Shown here in pieces: positions 38,531-52,200 of a stretch of DNA of 64,000 nt. A model generated the notes under the pieces. The model was given only the letters and a program-made list of their open reading frames with translations, did no database searches and was not told the origin of the DNA. The stretch comes from Tubiluchus corallicola (Eukaryota > Animalia > Priapulida). The stretch lies in assembly GCA_030141605.1 (NCBI GenBank), contig JAQGDQ010000092.1, positions 1-64,000 of the forward strand, read 5' to 3'. Position numbers and translations under genes: made by a program. The stretch's first letter is position 1, and the number at the start of each line of letters is the position of its first letter.

Positions 38531-39115
38531 GTTTCATATCACACTCAAAGAAGAACAAGAATGGGCTATACTCCATAACAAGAAGAAGTAAAAGAAACTT
38601 TGTAGTTGGGTGGACATAATCTGACTATACTCACCATTTGCAGTTGTGTTTGCCTTGCTGGTTTATTTACATTTATTACATTCTTAGTTCATGTGAACCT
38701 AATTTTTTACTTTTTATTTTTTTTTCTTCTCTCACTTTCATATTACATTTTTCATATGCTTTCACTTTTCATACTCATTTTCTTCCCATTAGCCACCTTT
38801 TATTCTTGCATCTACGCTTTTCTTCCATTTACATGCTTGTTTCTTTTAATTTAGTATTTAATATTTTCACCATATTTAAGTAGTATTTGGTCATGGCAAA
38901 TGGAATAAAAATAAAATAAGAAATAAAATAAAAAGGGCATATTGGACGACAATATTAAACAAGTAATTACGTACGTGATTAACTTAAATCGGCAAAATTC
39001 GTGAACATTTTGGTAAGTTTTGCTGACTGCAAAGAAGTTAGGCAGCACAATTGTATAAGCCACATAAAAAAAAGATTAAAGCATCACCCCAGAATCGGTA
39101 TTATTATAAATAAAT

Positions 39116-39185
39116 CACACTGGTCTAGCTGTTATGGTACTGGACTTGTAATCCAAAGGTTACAGTTCAAGCCTAGGCTCAACCC
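39116..39185 (+). pseudogene. tRNA(Thr, TGT)-like pseudogene or tRNA-derived SINE head
   Basis: A-box-like TGGTCTAGCTG, anticodon arm TGGA-CTTGTAA-TCCA, B-box-like GTTCAAGCC; acceptor stem does not pair. Confidence 0.5.
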
Positions 39186-39549
39186 CGATTTATTTTGCAT
39201 TTCCTTTCTTTTGGTCAAGTTTGTTTTCAGAAATTTAATAATGGAAGTTTTTCATCGTTAATGATGATCTTCATATCGGGGTTACATTGAATTTTACAGG
39301 GTTTAATACATTCACCTAAATCACCCGTCTTGTCCAACAAGCTAAACAAATCAACTTGCTAGCATCAACAGAAATCGAATAAGATGAGCTTCACGCCATT
39401 AAGATTCTGAACCAGAAGGCCCCATTTACGAGTTCACGAGCTTTCTTCATATGACTAAAGCCAAAATTGATATGATTGTGTCGCTAAAGATCGTATCAGG
39501 ATGACGGAGACTGACTAGAGATTGATAATAAAAAGTCGTTAATGCAGGA

Positions 39550-39945
<396 letters not shown>

Positions 39946-42581
39946 GATACTTTATGAGACAGCTTTTCTTACAGTAAAAGTAAAAAATCATAGCTTTTTC
40001 AAAAAATAATTTAAATATTAAAATAAATATGAATATTCATGAGCAAATATGGAATTAAGAATAGTGAAGTAGTAGGCCCAATGGCTCAGACGACATTTGT
40101 GACGCTATGTCTATAGGTAACGTACTCTGATTCAAAATGTCATGAAAAGCAGGCACGACCGTCCTATAAACGAGGTGTAACTCGTGGTCTTGGGGTTCTA
40201 TAGTGTTAGATAATTTACTACTAGAATCCTGGAGTCGGGCTAAGGCTTTGTTGTTTCATACGGGGGCACGCGGAACCCGAGCCTAGGAGTCTTAATGAGC
40301 TAGTAATATTCGATGGCAGATAGAATACCAAACTAAAAATTAAGCTGTATATAACAAAATTTAATTGATTACTACTTTAACAGATTTTAACCATGAGAAA
40401 AGAAATAGTTAACAATAACAATCAATCACAGTGCAGCAAATAAGCAAATATATTCTCTAGTCTAAAAATAGAGAGGGAAGGTGTTAGTGGAGGTAGCACG
40501 TGCAAATGACGACGCACTCTCGATGACGGCAATCCAACGATGACCATATACAAACGGAATTATGCGAGCTAGCAAACGCTGAGCAAAAGTACAAAAGTCT
40601 TGGCTTACCAGACACTCCATGAACATTATGTTAAACCGCAGCTAACCTGTGGGGTAACATCCATGGATTCACCAACTATGGTTTCCTCCACCAACAATGG
40701 ACTGTCCACCATAACCATAAGCGTGACTTCACCTTTGGACGAATCCTCGGACAATGACGGTAACGGTAACCACCTCATCAAACCAAAGCAACGTACTCGA
40801 CATAGACCCGTCAGCACTGTAAACAATGGCTGTTGACAGAAAGTCTCCTGCACTACAACATCGACGATGCTAATAGACATTTCTGGCTGTCTTTTCACAG
40901 CCATGTGAAGATCAAACGAAGGTCATTTTACGTGACCTAGGCCTTTCAATAACGGCCGACTGACTGCCAGGTTGCATGTCTAAGGCTATAGCTGTAAGTA
41001 TATATCATGTACACTTCATACCTGTACGAGTTTCACACATTTGAAATAAGCCGCGAGTATCGCAGGTATTGCAGAACACAACCACAAGACGAGGGGGTGT
41101 TAGTAGGACTCCTACACTACTACACTAATTAGGCTAACAATACAATACTACTATAGTGACTACTGTAATGTAAGCAAATTACACTAGCAAGTGCTACAGC
41201 TACCACTATAAAGAACTTGACTGTGAAATGAAAAGGTGACAAACAAGTAAACAAAAATATCGTAGATAATAGATGGTTTGTCACAGACATAAACTACTAA
41301 ATCTGTTGATAGACTTAGGTAAGGCCTACTGAAGATTCATTTTATGAGCTCTAATTCACGTAATTGAAATGACTGCTTCCATGCTAAATGACTAAATAAA
41401 ACCGATAAAAGTACAAGAAGAGCATTTGATTTTTAAAAAGTAGTATTGCCCCGTCAGCTGTTTGATCTTCCATTTCGAATTGATGTGGGAGAATATAAGG
41501 TGGGGAAATCCAGAAAACATCCGCATACCAAGTAAGAGTAAATATCAAACATACTGACAAGACATAGCCATGACTCACTTCTTGATCTTAAGAAAATTAC
41601 AGACGTAATTGATATGTTTTGATTTGCGTTTGAGAAACTTTATGGGTATCAGATTTATAAAAAAATCCTCTAAGTTGATTTAAAAAATGAAAAATCGAAA
41701 TTAGCGGTACGTTAGTAACATTTAATAAAGACGTCTATAATTAACTGGGCCGTGTCTATAATGTATATGATATTTCAACACACACATTTAAATGTAATTC
41801 AATAAAATGCAGCATGGTCTGTTTAGCAGGAATTTCTGAGAAAAGGGAAAAAATAAATTGAGAAAAAGCAACGAGTGAATGTCAAAAGGATTGACGAATG
41901 GGGGAGAAGAACAAGAAAAAAGAAAAGACACCTCGTTTCAGAAATCACGAAAAAGATCGCTAACGGTATAACTTGATAGGCAGTCAGGCCAGCAAATTTG
42001 CAGCTGCAGCAGGAATCAGGCTGCAGGGATGCACAGTGACGTTCCACTTCAAAGAACACTATTAATGCCGCAACGAAAAATGACGAAAATGACGTGTTAA
42101 TGTTGGTGTCATGGGAATCTCATTTTCATGTTATACACCCTAGAGAAATGGGAATAAAGCTTTTTGATGGTTATATGCACGTTATGAAACGAAACAAATT
42201 TAAATTTAGTCTGCCCTAATAATTACAGCAAATATCTGGTGACCCATTTCCCCTTTTTGACTTTATTAGGTTGCTAAAATATACTTTTAAAGATTATAAT
42301 ATTTCAACATGTTTATTGAGCGACGATCGTTTCGAATACAGAAGCCATTATCAAACTACAAATCAAGCCAAAAAGAAGAATAAACAATTCCTTAATGATA
42401 CAAAGGCACAAACTGAAACTTTAAAACAACAGATTATTAATTTTGTACATTTTCTGCAATTTCTTCCGTTACAAACTAGTTTATTTTAATACGTTAAATT
42501 CTAACATGTTGTCGAAACGATCGTCGCTCAATAAACATGCTGATTCCTAGAAGCTGGCTTTTCCGTGTATTACAACATTTA

Positions 42582-42620
42582 TTCAGTAGCTTTCGTCCTA
42601 GCGGGCCTCATCAGTTGAAA
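42582..42620 (-). ncRNA. Minimal type-I hammerhead ribozyme motif (Penelope-associated)
   Basis: Minus strand reads ttcaa-CTGATGA-ggcccgctaggac-GAAA-gcta-ctgaa, overlapping an AATAAA; stems I and II each have a mismatch. Confidence 0.55.
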
Positions 42621-43190
42621 ATAACAGATAAAATGTTAAAACAGTATGTAGCATGATGTCAGAAAACGAGCTTGCACAATTGTTCTACCAATTTTAACAC
42701 ATTTATCTGAAGAGTTTAGGGGAAGCAGGATGCTGGGCAGTGCAACCTGGGCAGAGCTTTATAGGAGTAGAGCTCTCTCGTACTTCAGATTAATTATGCT
42801 TCACAAATTATGCGGGGTGGACTTTCTGGAACACTCTGGGACCTACTGATAAACTTGTAGCGAAAAAAATGCACAGTTTTTTATACAAACATGAGATTCG
42901 GGTATTATTTTTCATAAATGACCCGACTACACCGCCTAGGAGAGAGAGCAGTGAATTTTCTCTTGGGGAGTGAGCAGGTGGCTGCAAACTTAATGTAAAG
43001 CTTTTTACTCCCTCTGAGTATCAGAGACTCATTTAAACAAAATAAAGCTTTACATTTACTGAAATAAGTGGCTGTCTGGAGAAATATAGCCAATTACATG
43101 TTATAAATCATTCTGCAGAATTTCCTGTGGGTTTTAGCAACAATGCGTGCATAATCATGATAGTTTTTAATGTAAATGTAAAACACGTTA
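42620..43190 (-). mobile_element. Penelope-like element 3' remnant (decayed GIY-YIG region)
   Basis: Fragments SRVIYE, FV*KTVHF and EVRES...KLFR* resemble PLE endonuclease motifs; lies directly upstream of the hammerhead core. Confidence 0.45.
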
Positions 43191-43579
43191 GGGACGCTCC
43201 TAAATAAAGTCAATTTTACTGTACAACCCGAATGTTTATACAAAGCTTAGCTGTGATCAAAGTTCTCTAGCTCCCGTTATTTTGAGCGTCCGGCAATTTC
43301 ACAGCTTAGCCAAAGGAAGTGGTCTGCCCTTCCTTAAACAAGCGCTGTTTTGTATGTCATTCAAGCATTTTGGGCTCACAGGTTGAAACGCATGAAAGTC
43401 AAAATAAGCTAGGATTTCCGTGAATAAATCAATAAATTCTTTCTTCAGTTTAGTTACAGGGACAGATCTGATACAAGTAATTATCACACTCAATTCGATA
43501 AAATATGTGATTAAGAGACGGTGATGAAACTTACATACACGAACACTATAAACACAATATTTTAATAACAACAGTAATA

Positions 43580-44224
43580 ATAAAAATACACTTACAAAGT
43601 AAGTACAATCTGGTGGACGAGTAGGTTGTCTAATAATGCCGTTCTAGCTCTATCATATGTTACGTATTCCAAAAAGTAATGGTAAGAACTTTCTATAAAA
43701 TCACCGCAGCTACATTTGGGGATCGTCAATTAATTTACTAATAAAAAGGTCGCCTCTTAGCTGAGAAAAATTTGTAATACATCTATTAGTAAATATTTCG
43801 TTAGCCCGATCATTATTGTATCGAGGACATAATATTTTTGCGGGAAGATTCCAAAAGGCAAGGATTTTGTTTTTGAACGAACTTTTGGAAGTATATGTTT
43901 CTCTAAAGTCTTTAGGTAAGGAGTTCCAAATTCTCATGCCTTTTTGAAAAAAAAACTGTTATACAATTGTCTTGTAGGTTTTAGACGAGACGGATCAAGG
44001 GTGGGATAATATTCTACACTTCGGCGAAATTCATTTATTATTCCATTTAAGTAATCTGGAGCTTGATGATAAAATAATTTTTGGATAGTTTGAAATATAA
44101 GGAGTTCAGCCGTGGCTTTTAAAGAGGGAAGACCGAGTAACTGATTAAGGTTTGTTTGGATGGTGCCTTTCATAGCACCGGATGTTATTAGCACAGCACG
44201 GTAGTGAATTTTTTCTATTTTCAT
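43580..44224 (-). mobile_element. LINE ORF2 3' fragment
   Basis: KIEKIHYRAVLITSGAMKGT...APDYL...SFF / RIWNSLP...SSFKNKI, followed by a decayed CCHC region; frameshifted. Confidence 0.8.
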
Positions 44225-44576
44225 AAAAAACTAGTGTAGTGTAGTTTGACGTTCTTTCTTCCTTTCAACTTTTGTTGAATGAGAAAATAAAGAGCGTCAA
44301 AAACATTTTATCTTTGTACAGGTATAACATATGACGTTGCAGTTTATTGTTAATGCAGTGTTAATAACCGCAATGCTTGTAATTTGGTTGCAATAATGCA
44401 CTTGAACGTTCATAAACGTCGGTATCAGTAAGTAAATACACTAATTGCCTCTTTAAAAAGTATAACATGGTCGTTCAGATTAGTATATACGAATATATAC
44501 TAATATATAATATTATACGAAATATTTATATATTTCGAATAATAATACAAAAAGGTTCAAAACTTTTTTGCAAGAA

Positions 44577-44772
44577 TGTGATAGTAGTGACGATGATGAT
44601 GATGACCGCGATAATAATAATGATGAGGAGGAGGATAATGATGATGGAGATGATGACGATAATGGTGATCACGACAACAACGACAACGAAGACGATAATG
44701 ATGATAATAAGAAGGACGATGATGAAGATGATGACGACGACGACGGTGATGATAACACTGATAATTACGAAT
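44577..44772. repeat. Degenerate (GAT/GAC/AAT)n tract
   Basis: Read directly from the sequence. Confidence 0.85.
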
Positions 44773-45979
44773 GAGTACGACTCTTTGACTTATTGCTTCA
44801 CGCTTACATCAGTATTTCCTCAGCTTACAAGTTTGTTAGAGCAGTCTTTTTTTGTAGCAGGTATTTCAAGTTGTTTACTAACTATTATCGACTTCTTCCT
44901 GAAAGCTCGCATATAAAGTGTGCAAATACACAGGCAAAACGCACATTAATAGTATGTAGACCCTACATTACACAATGCACAGGCTCAACATAAAAGTACG
45001 TAATATAGTAAGCGAATAATTAAGGCAATAACGTCCTGTACGTGCTACAAATAAATGTCGCTTTTTAACTGACATTTTTGTGACAATCGGATGAGATGTG
45101 TATGGTATAAAGCAAATCAAAAATGGAATTACACTCCTATTCAAGTTCTATAATTTGTAAGTTTTGTAAATTGAAGTGTGGAGACGTTTTTGTTAATTAT
45201 ACAGAAATTCGTCAAATAATGCGAAGGCAGATGTGAAAAATTTTCAGAATTTTACGGAGTATATAATGAAGCGCGCACGCTTCTGTGGCAGCGAAGTCGC
45301 ACAGAATGATTGTCATAATAATAAAGTATATAAAATAAAATGAATCCGTCGATTCACAAAGTTGTTATTGGAACTCATTAAATGTGTGTCCTGATCATTA
45401 ACATATTTTAAAGCGATAAATCTGTTATTACTTCTTTTCACTGTGTACTATAGCTACATCATTAGAAAAGATGGGACATTTTAACCTAGTTTGCATACCG
45501 TAAAAAAAAAACAGAAATCTAAATGCAAAGCCACAACATAAAATTATAGACTAATTATATTGTAACTAAACCTGTAAATGTGAGCTAAAGTAGGATTTTC
45601 TAAACTAGTTTGCAGTCTGTAATCCTGTCAGACGCAGCCATATTACTGGTAGGTCAAACAAAACAAGTTCAGATAACATTGCGTAGGTGTAAAATTTGAA
45701 AAAATAATCAGCGCATTCGTAGCACACTTTTGTCTAACTAAGCAAAAGACAAATTGCTTTGTACTGTCAAGAAGATGAAAAATGGTGGTGTTTTTCGGTG
45801 ACCTAATGGTGCACACTGGGAAGGTAACAGCTAAAACAATGGCGTTTCACCATTTTGGCGGGAACAGTTTAAATTATTAAGAAATTTCTTTTTCAGTTAC
45901 GGCATAGTTATTTATTTTTTTGGAACATACTTTGAAATTCCCTTTTCTTCCCCTTTAAAAACATAGTAACGTACGTTAC

Positions 45980-46881
45980 GGGTAACAGCCAAACGCAGGA
46001 AAGTTTGGTACAGGTAAGTTTGGTACGCAATAATTTTGGTACAGGTAAATTTCATACTATCATCTTAAGGCGCAAGAAATTTTTGCTACTAGGAAAATGT
46101 GGTACGGGAATTGTTTGTTACGAGGAAAATATGGTACCAGGATTCTTTAGAACTAAGAAATATTGGTACAAAGAAGTTTTAGTACTAGGAAAATATGGTA
46201 CTAAACGAAAAAGAGAGCATTTCTATATATCAGTATAAAATAATTGTTTCGACAAGAAAATAAAGAAGTTTAACAACAACAATAGCAACAACAGCAGCAG
46301 CAACAACAACGACGTCATCGACAATAACAAAACAACAATAACCAGCAGCAACAAAACGATAAAAGCAACAACGATGACATGTGACAGCAAGAATGATGAT
46401 GATGATGGTGGTGGTGTTGGTGGTGGCAGTAATCACAACAAAAGAGCAAGCAAGAAACAGACCTAATAACAAACAGCAGACAAAGAAACAAAGAGACTGC
46501 GAACAAAAAGAAGCAAAAAATACAACAATGTGAGCATCTATAACTTGTTCGAGCAGGTTATATAATATATGTTTTCATAGTACATACCAAACTTTCCTTG
46601 TACCAAACTTTCTTTGTACCGAATTTTTCTAGTACCAATCTTGTACCGCGCACTAAACTTTCATAGTACCAAACTTGTTCCGTACCATTTATACCTTGCA
46701 CCATATTTACTTGTACCAAAAATGCCTGACAAAACTTCGTTAGTACTATATTTACTAGTACCATATTTGCTCTGTGCCAAAATTATCGCGCACAAAAATT
46801 CCTAGTACCAAATTTCCCCACTACCAAAATTTCCTCGTACCAAAATTACCAGTGCCAAACTTACCTCGCACCGGGACACCC
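45980..46881. mobile_element. Foldback-like element with ~15-bp tandem-unit arms and a microsatellite core
   Basis: Left arm of (ttggtacaggtaagt)-like units 45995-46205; right arm of the complementary (gtaccaaactttcct)-like units 46580-46870; termini GGGT...ACCC; (CAA)/(GAT)/(GGT) core. Confidence 0.75.
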
Positions 46882-47590
46882 AAGCATGTTGTCGAACATG
46901 CACCACCAGTTTGTTTAATTTAAATTAGCTTTTACTCGAACAGACGATAGAAAAAACTTTAATGTTACTGTAGTACCTGCGCTAATACAAATTGTCTAGT
47001 AATATTACACTTCATAACAATGGTCCCTATCATAGCCTATATGTCGCCCTACAGATAATACAGTATGCATGTACTAAAGGCACATATTATAGCGATTTGC
47101 ATTAATTCGAATACAGTTCGCACTTGCGCGTTGTCGTGCGTTGTACAATACCTAATGGGCTAGAATGGAAAACATAAACAAACCAAGACTTTTATAATGG
47201 GCTAGATAATATTTATTGTATTGTTATTTTTAAAAGCCTTCCGACGAAACGTTTCGATGTGTTGCCTATCCCTAACAAAATAGTGTTTGTGGCAGCTTTA
47301 GATTTTAGACGCTTCAACTGTATGCGTGGTTTCGCTGTTCGGCAACCAGCTTAAAAATTGTTAATTATAAAACCTTTCACTTTTTTAAAACGAATTTCAG
47401 GACCTTTTATTATCTGTTTGTTGCACATTGACAAACTAGTAATTTCACTGCACAAGGGAATAGGATATAGAACCGCTACATGTATTAAAAACAAAACTCA
47501 TTAAAAGTCACTGTGGCAGTGGTTTTTATGGACAGTTTTTTCTAAGTAATAATTATAATAAGTAGTAAGTAACAATTATCATAAACATAA

Positions 47591-47803
47591 TAAAAATTTG
47601 TCAGCGTGATTTAGTGACGAAGCAAATATCATTTAATGAAGCTATGTAAAACATAATTTTTTGTAACCAACCATATTTTCAAACTTTAACTACAAGCAAT
47701 AATTAAGCAGCAAAAAAATAAAAATTTATCAGTGTAATTTCAGTGACCAAACAAATATCATTTAACGAAGCTATACGAGCAAGATAAAAAATTTTGTAAC
47801 CAA
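47591..47803. repeat. Tandem duplication, ~128-bp period, two diverged copies
   Basis: taaaaattt.tcag.gt.attt...gcaaatatcatttaa.gaagctat...ttgtaaccaa occurs twice. Confidence 0.75.
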
Positions 47804-49169
47804 TATCTATGCGGTGAAAACGTAGGCAGATGAAATTTGATTTAAAAAAATACGTAAGACTGAAAAAAATCACTTTCAAAAAATAGATAATAAATTTAAG
47901 AAACTTACCTAGTGTTGCCCTTAATACAGGTGGGCGAATTTCTTCCCATCGTCAGCAAGTAACAGTAATACTTAGAAAAATGATCTACAGCATGCCAAGC
48001 ATTTCATTCATAAGTGACTAAACAGTGTACAGTTACACAATGAACATCGAGCTTTCTCTTCTAGTGATAGCTCCACTGTATAATATGCCGTTGATGAAAC
48101 AATTAATATGAATAAATGTATCAAATGCAGTTCTTGAATACGATCTATGGAGACGTTGCCGGCGTAAGATCGATTTTTGGTTGCTGTTTGAAACCCATGA
48201 GCTGCGAATAAGTGACGCACGCCCTCTTTGCGGCACTGAAGTTGCTATAAAAGAAAATCGCGCAGAGCCGCTGATTCAAAACTGCGCGTGTGTGTTGAAA
48301 GCAACTTCTTACTGCATTGCGATCCTTTAAGAGGTTACCATTCTTCTTGCACAACTTCAGCTTTTTTATGTATAAAAGTTCTAACACCTTAAGAAATGTA
48401 ACATTTTTGGATCACTTTGTCAAGAGTTTTCTAAATTAAGCTGACTATTTGCGTCGACTAAGTGAATCCATAAACAAAGCTTTGCTTTTTCGCTTTTCAG
48501 AATGAGATGTTGCATTAATTAATTTTTGCGATTGCTTAATCACTAAAGCTAGGGTTTTCGTAAAATTGAGTTAACTTGTCAAAATCGATGAAAACATTCC
48601 TTTTCCTTCTTGGTCTTGTTCTTGTTCAATAGAAAACGAGCACAGCGTTGCTAGGTCATTGTGTTGTTCCAGTACTTATTTTGTTAAATCCTGCCATTTT
48701 TCGTTTTTTTTTATTTAAAAAAATTCAAAGTTGATAAAGATGATCCATCGTTTTCTAATCACATGAAGAGCTGTTATAAACAAACCGTCTTTGTTAAAAT
48801 AGTTCTCGTTACTTTTCGACTTAAAACAATTATTGACACACAGGTTGCGAAACAAAAGCTCCAAAAAGTTGAATGTCAATGAACCACGCACAGAATTGCA
48901 CATTCAAAGTTTGTCAGAGCGCATGGTTGAAGAATGTTAGAGAAACGTTTGTAGTGTTTATGCCGTTCAAGGGTCGTTTGTGGTCGTAGCTTCTTGTTTG
49001 TGTAGGACCATAGATTGAGTCAATATTAAATCTACTTTGACGGCTGAAAAACTTTTGCAAGTAGTTTTACTCTAGTTCAACTAGCTTTGGTAGTCGGAGT
49101 TTCTCCTGGCGGTGGTAATAGCAATAAATTTTGGTGTTGCTGTCGTGATGCCGCAAAAAGGTCTACCAA

Positions 49170-49370
49170 AGCGATTGATGATAACGACGACGACGATGAT
49201 GTTGGTAATGATGATGATGACGATGATGATGATAACCATTTTGGAGACGACAACGTACTATATATGCTGTAATGACGACAATGACAATCATAATAAATGA
49301 CAATGACAATGACTACAACGATAGTAAGCGTCAGTGGCGGTTGTGATGACGATTATAATAACCATGACAA
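49170..49370. repeat. Degenerate (GAT/GAC/AAT)n tract
   Basis: Read directly from the sequence. Confidence 0.8.
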
Positions 49371-49784
49371 GGATAGCTGAGAGTGTGATAATGGTGATTG
49401 TATGAGAGTCTGTGTTTTGGGATTCTACTGACTGCGTCTATGGTCTCAGTGGACCACATACTTCCGTCATGCTAAATCTAGTTACTCATTTACACATCTA
49501 TTTATTGCACTAGATGTAGATGACTGTTTGGTGCTGGTTACAAATGCAAGATATGCTAGCAGCTGCCTGTTGTGCATTAGTAACTGTTAATTACCGCGAT
49601 GTCATCAGCGTAATGAAACCTATTAGTTGTTAATGTAGGGAATCGTGCATTTAGAGTAGTTAGAATGGATACTCATATTGGCTGCTGACGCTTGAATTTT
49701 GTAGTTATAATAACAACATTAAATTACACGGTTTAATTAAATTACATACCTGGCTAATAGTCTGTTAATAGTATAAAGAAAATT

Positions 49785-49965
49785 ATGAAAAAGAGAGAGA
49801 AGGAGATGGAAGAGGGGAAGGGTAAGAGGGAATGGGGAAGAGGGGAGAGAGAGAGAGAGAGAGAGAAAGAGAAGAAGGAAAAGCGCATCACAGAGAAACA
49901 TAAAGAAGACAGAAAAACAGACGGGAAAGAGATAGAAAGAAAAATGATAAAAGGAAGGAGGAAAA
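49785..49965. repeat. Purine-rich/(AG)n low-complexity tract
   Basis: Read directly from the sequence. Confidence 0.8.
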
Positions 49966-51876
49966 TAATGACATCTGACAAAAAGGGCGCCAAAATCATC
50001 TAATTGAAGGAACCACGTACAGGTCGTTTGAAGTCATTGACACTTATAACTGTATTAATAAACTCGTTTATTTATTCTAGAATTTATTATTTATTGCAGA
50101 ATTTTAATGAAAAGTAGTACTAGAACTTTTTTACCGGAACTGAGCTTTAACACAAGCCAGCACAGAGCCAATTTCACCCATAGTGCTTATTCTAGGCACA
50201 CTTTCTAAGCGTTTTGCCATTTAGCACGTTTTTCCATTGGCTCTTTGAGTAGTTGCCATACTGCTTCACGTGGTTGTTTGCGTTGTTACCAAGATGAAAG
50301 GTGTTTCAAATAATTTTCGAAGATGAAGGAAAATCTTCATTATTTGTTGGCATCAACAGTTGAGAATCATTCAACGGAAAAACCAATACCAATACCCATA
50401 GAGGAGAACATCTTCAAAAAGCTCTATTCTGGGAATCAGAAGGATGTATGACTGTTTGGAAATAGGCCTTGCATTGTCACCTGACATAAACTTTAGCTTT
50501 AGTATTAATTTAAGTGAGATAACTCCTTCAATATGAAAATAAAGTGTAGTGTCCTGGAAGTTGTCATGATTCATTATGCCGACATTACATATTAATGTAT
50601 TTAAGGCTTTATAAGTCCTTCTAAGGCCCACTTCACAGTGAGGATGGGCGACAAAATTCCTCGATGAAAAAATCCTTGCAGCATGCGAACATAGAACACA
50701 TTGTTATCTACGGTGCATTTTACAATTTCTTCGTTGAATTTCTCGTGAGGAATTCTGCTGCCAGTTAAAATCTACGCGTCCTCCTCACGAGGGAAATTGC
50801 CGCATGGTAGAAATACTGCATGTTCGTGAAGATTCCTCGAGGAATGTCTTTCTCTGGTTAGTTATGACTATCTTTACACATAATAAGATAAACACCGTTT
50901 TCATGACCATCGCCAACATTACATTGGTGGCCAGTACGTGAGGCAGTAGTCCTAAACTCATTTAGGAACACGGCGTTTTCCTCTGTACTTAGCTTAATCT
51001 GCAGTTCTACTAAATTCCCGAATTTCCTTGTAGCTGAAATTTAATATTAGTGCTTTGTAGCTCTTGGATTACAATTTTGGATAGCACCCATTAGACAGCA
51101 AAAGCTATTTTAATGTGATTTTATTGAAATGTTGGCTATTGGAGTAAGCAGGCTATTGGTGTAGTCTTGCAGGACATAAGTAGGCCTACATCATAATGAT
51201 TTCATTTTGATGACACTATAGGGCCAATAGTGTTATTGCGAATTTCTATTTTGTTAGTTCTAAGTGAAAATTAAAATATTTCTGACATTTTGTTAATCAT
51301 TTTACGGATCTCAAACTTGGAAACATAACACTCGCAATATTGAAAATATTAACTGTGAGAAATATTAACTTTGAATGTTGCTGTGAGAAAAATTTACCGG
51401 TTTATCATCGTGGTCATCGGTATTTGTTACGGACGTATGTGATACTAATCATATTAGTGTGGCATTTCATAAACGTTTTAAAAAGTTGTGCGTAAAAAAG
51501 TTTGTGCAACAGTAATGCCCAAAAACAGCTTCTTTGCTCGCAATGCTAACTTATCTGTTTGTTCCATTCTAGGAGTTAAGTTACATTTTGCAGTTAGAAA
51601 CTTGTGCAGGCCAAACTACTATACATTGATCATTTAGTTTAAACATAATTTATTATAGGATTGGATCAGACAGTTTGAACAACATGATTTAGTATCCTCG
51701 CCATAACAGTCTATACACACTATTTACAAAAACATTTGCAGTAAGAATAGACTATAACTACATAAGCTGACAAGTTTTACTACAAGATTACTGTAGACAT
51801 TAGTAAAAAATGACGGTCAGAAAATATTAAAGTACGAATATTTAAGACTGATGCATTTCATACCAGATAGAAACTA

Positions 51877-52200
51877 CTAGAAGCGTTCAGTACGTAATAT
51901 AAAGTCATGTACGCTTTGGAATATTTTACAGTTAGCAACATAGTTAAATTCATCTTTTCCGAATAACAACAACTTCAACAGATCATTAGTTCCTAAGGCA
52001 GCTATATTAAGGTTTTCAGGCAGAAGTATTACATTTAAGTTATCAAACATAACAACCGTAGTTTGTCGATACAATGGGCAGTGGAACAAAAAGTGTTCAA
52101 CAGACTCAAATCGAAATCCACAGTTACAATTCGGCAATATTTGATGACCGTTATTATTTAAATTGATCATTTAAATCTGAAGAGAGCTGTAAAAATATCT
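51877..52200 (-). mobile_element. LINE ORF2 extreme 3' fragment with CCHC knuckle
   Basis: CNCGFRFESVEHFLFHCPLY...LLLFG...IFQSVHDFILRTERF* is a typical LINE C-terminus. Confidence 0.8.

Noticed and set aside
39116-39185. Functional tRNA-Thr gene
   Set aside because: The acceptor and T stems do not pair; treated as a pseudogene or SINE head.
44467-44916. Asp/Asn-rich and Met/Ile-rich ORFs suggesting an acidic biomineralisation protein
   Set aside because: They come from a degenerate GAT-type trinucleotide tract of the kind also seen at 22.1, 49.2 and 57.2 kb; there is no signal peptide or convincing splice context.
45995-46870. Regularly spaced short repeats resembling a CRISPR array
   Set aside because: Units are ~15 bp, contiguous and degenerate with no unique spacers; they are inverted arms in a eukaryotic genome with no cas genes.
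48008-48240. THAP-like N-terminal remnant
   Set aside because: The key Cys residues are absent and the similarity is too weak to support.
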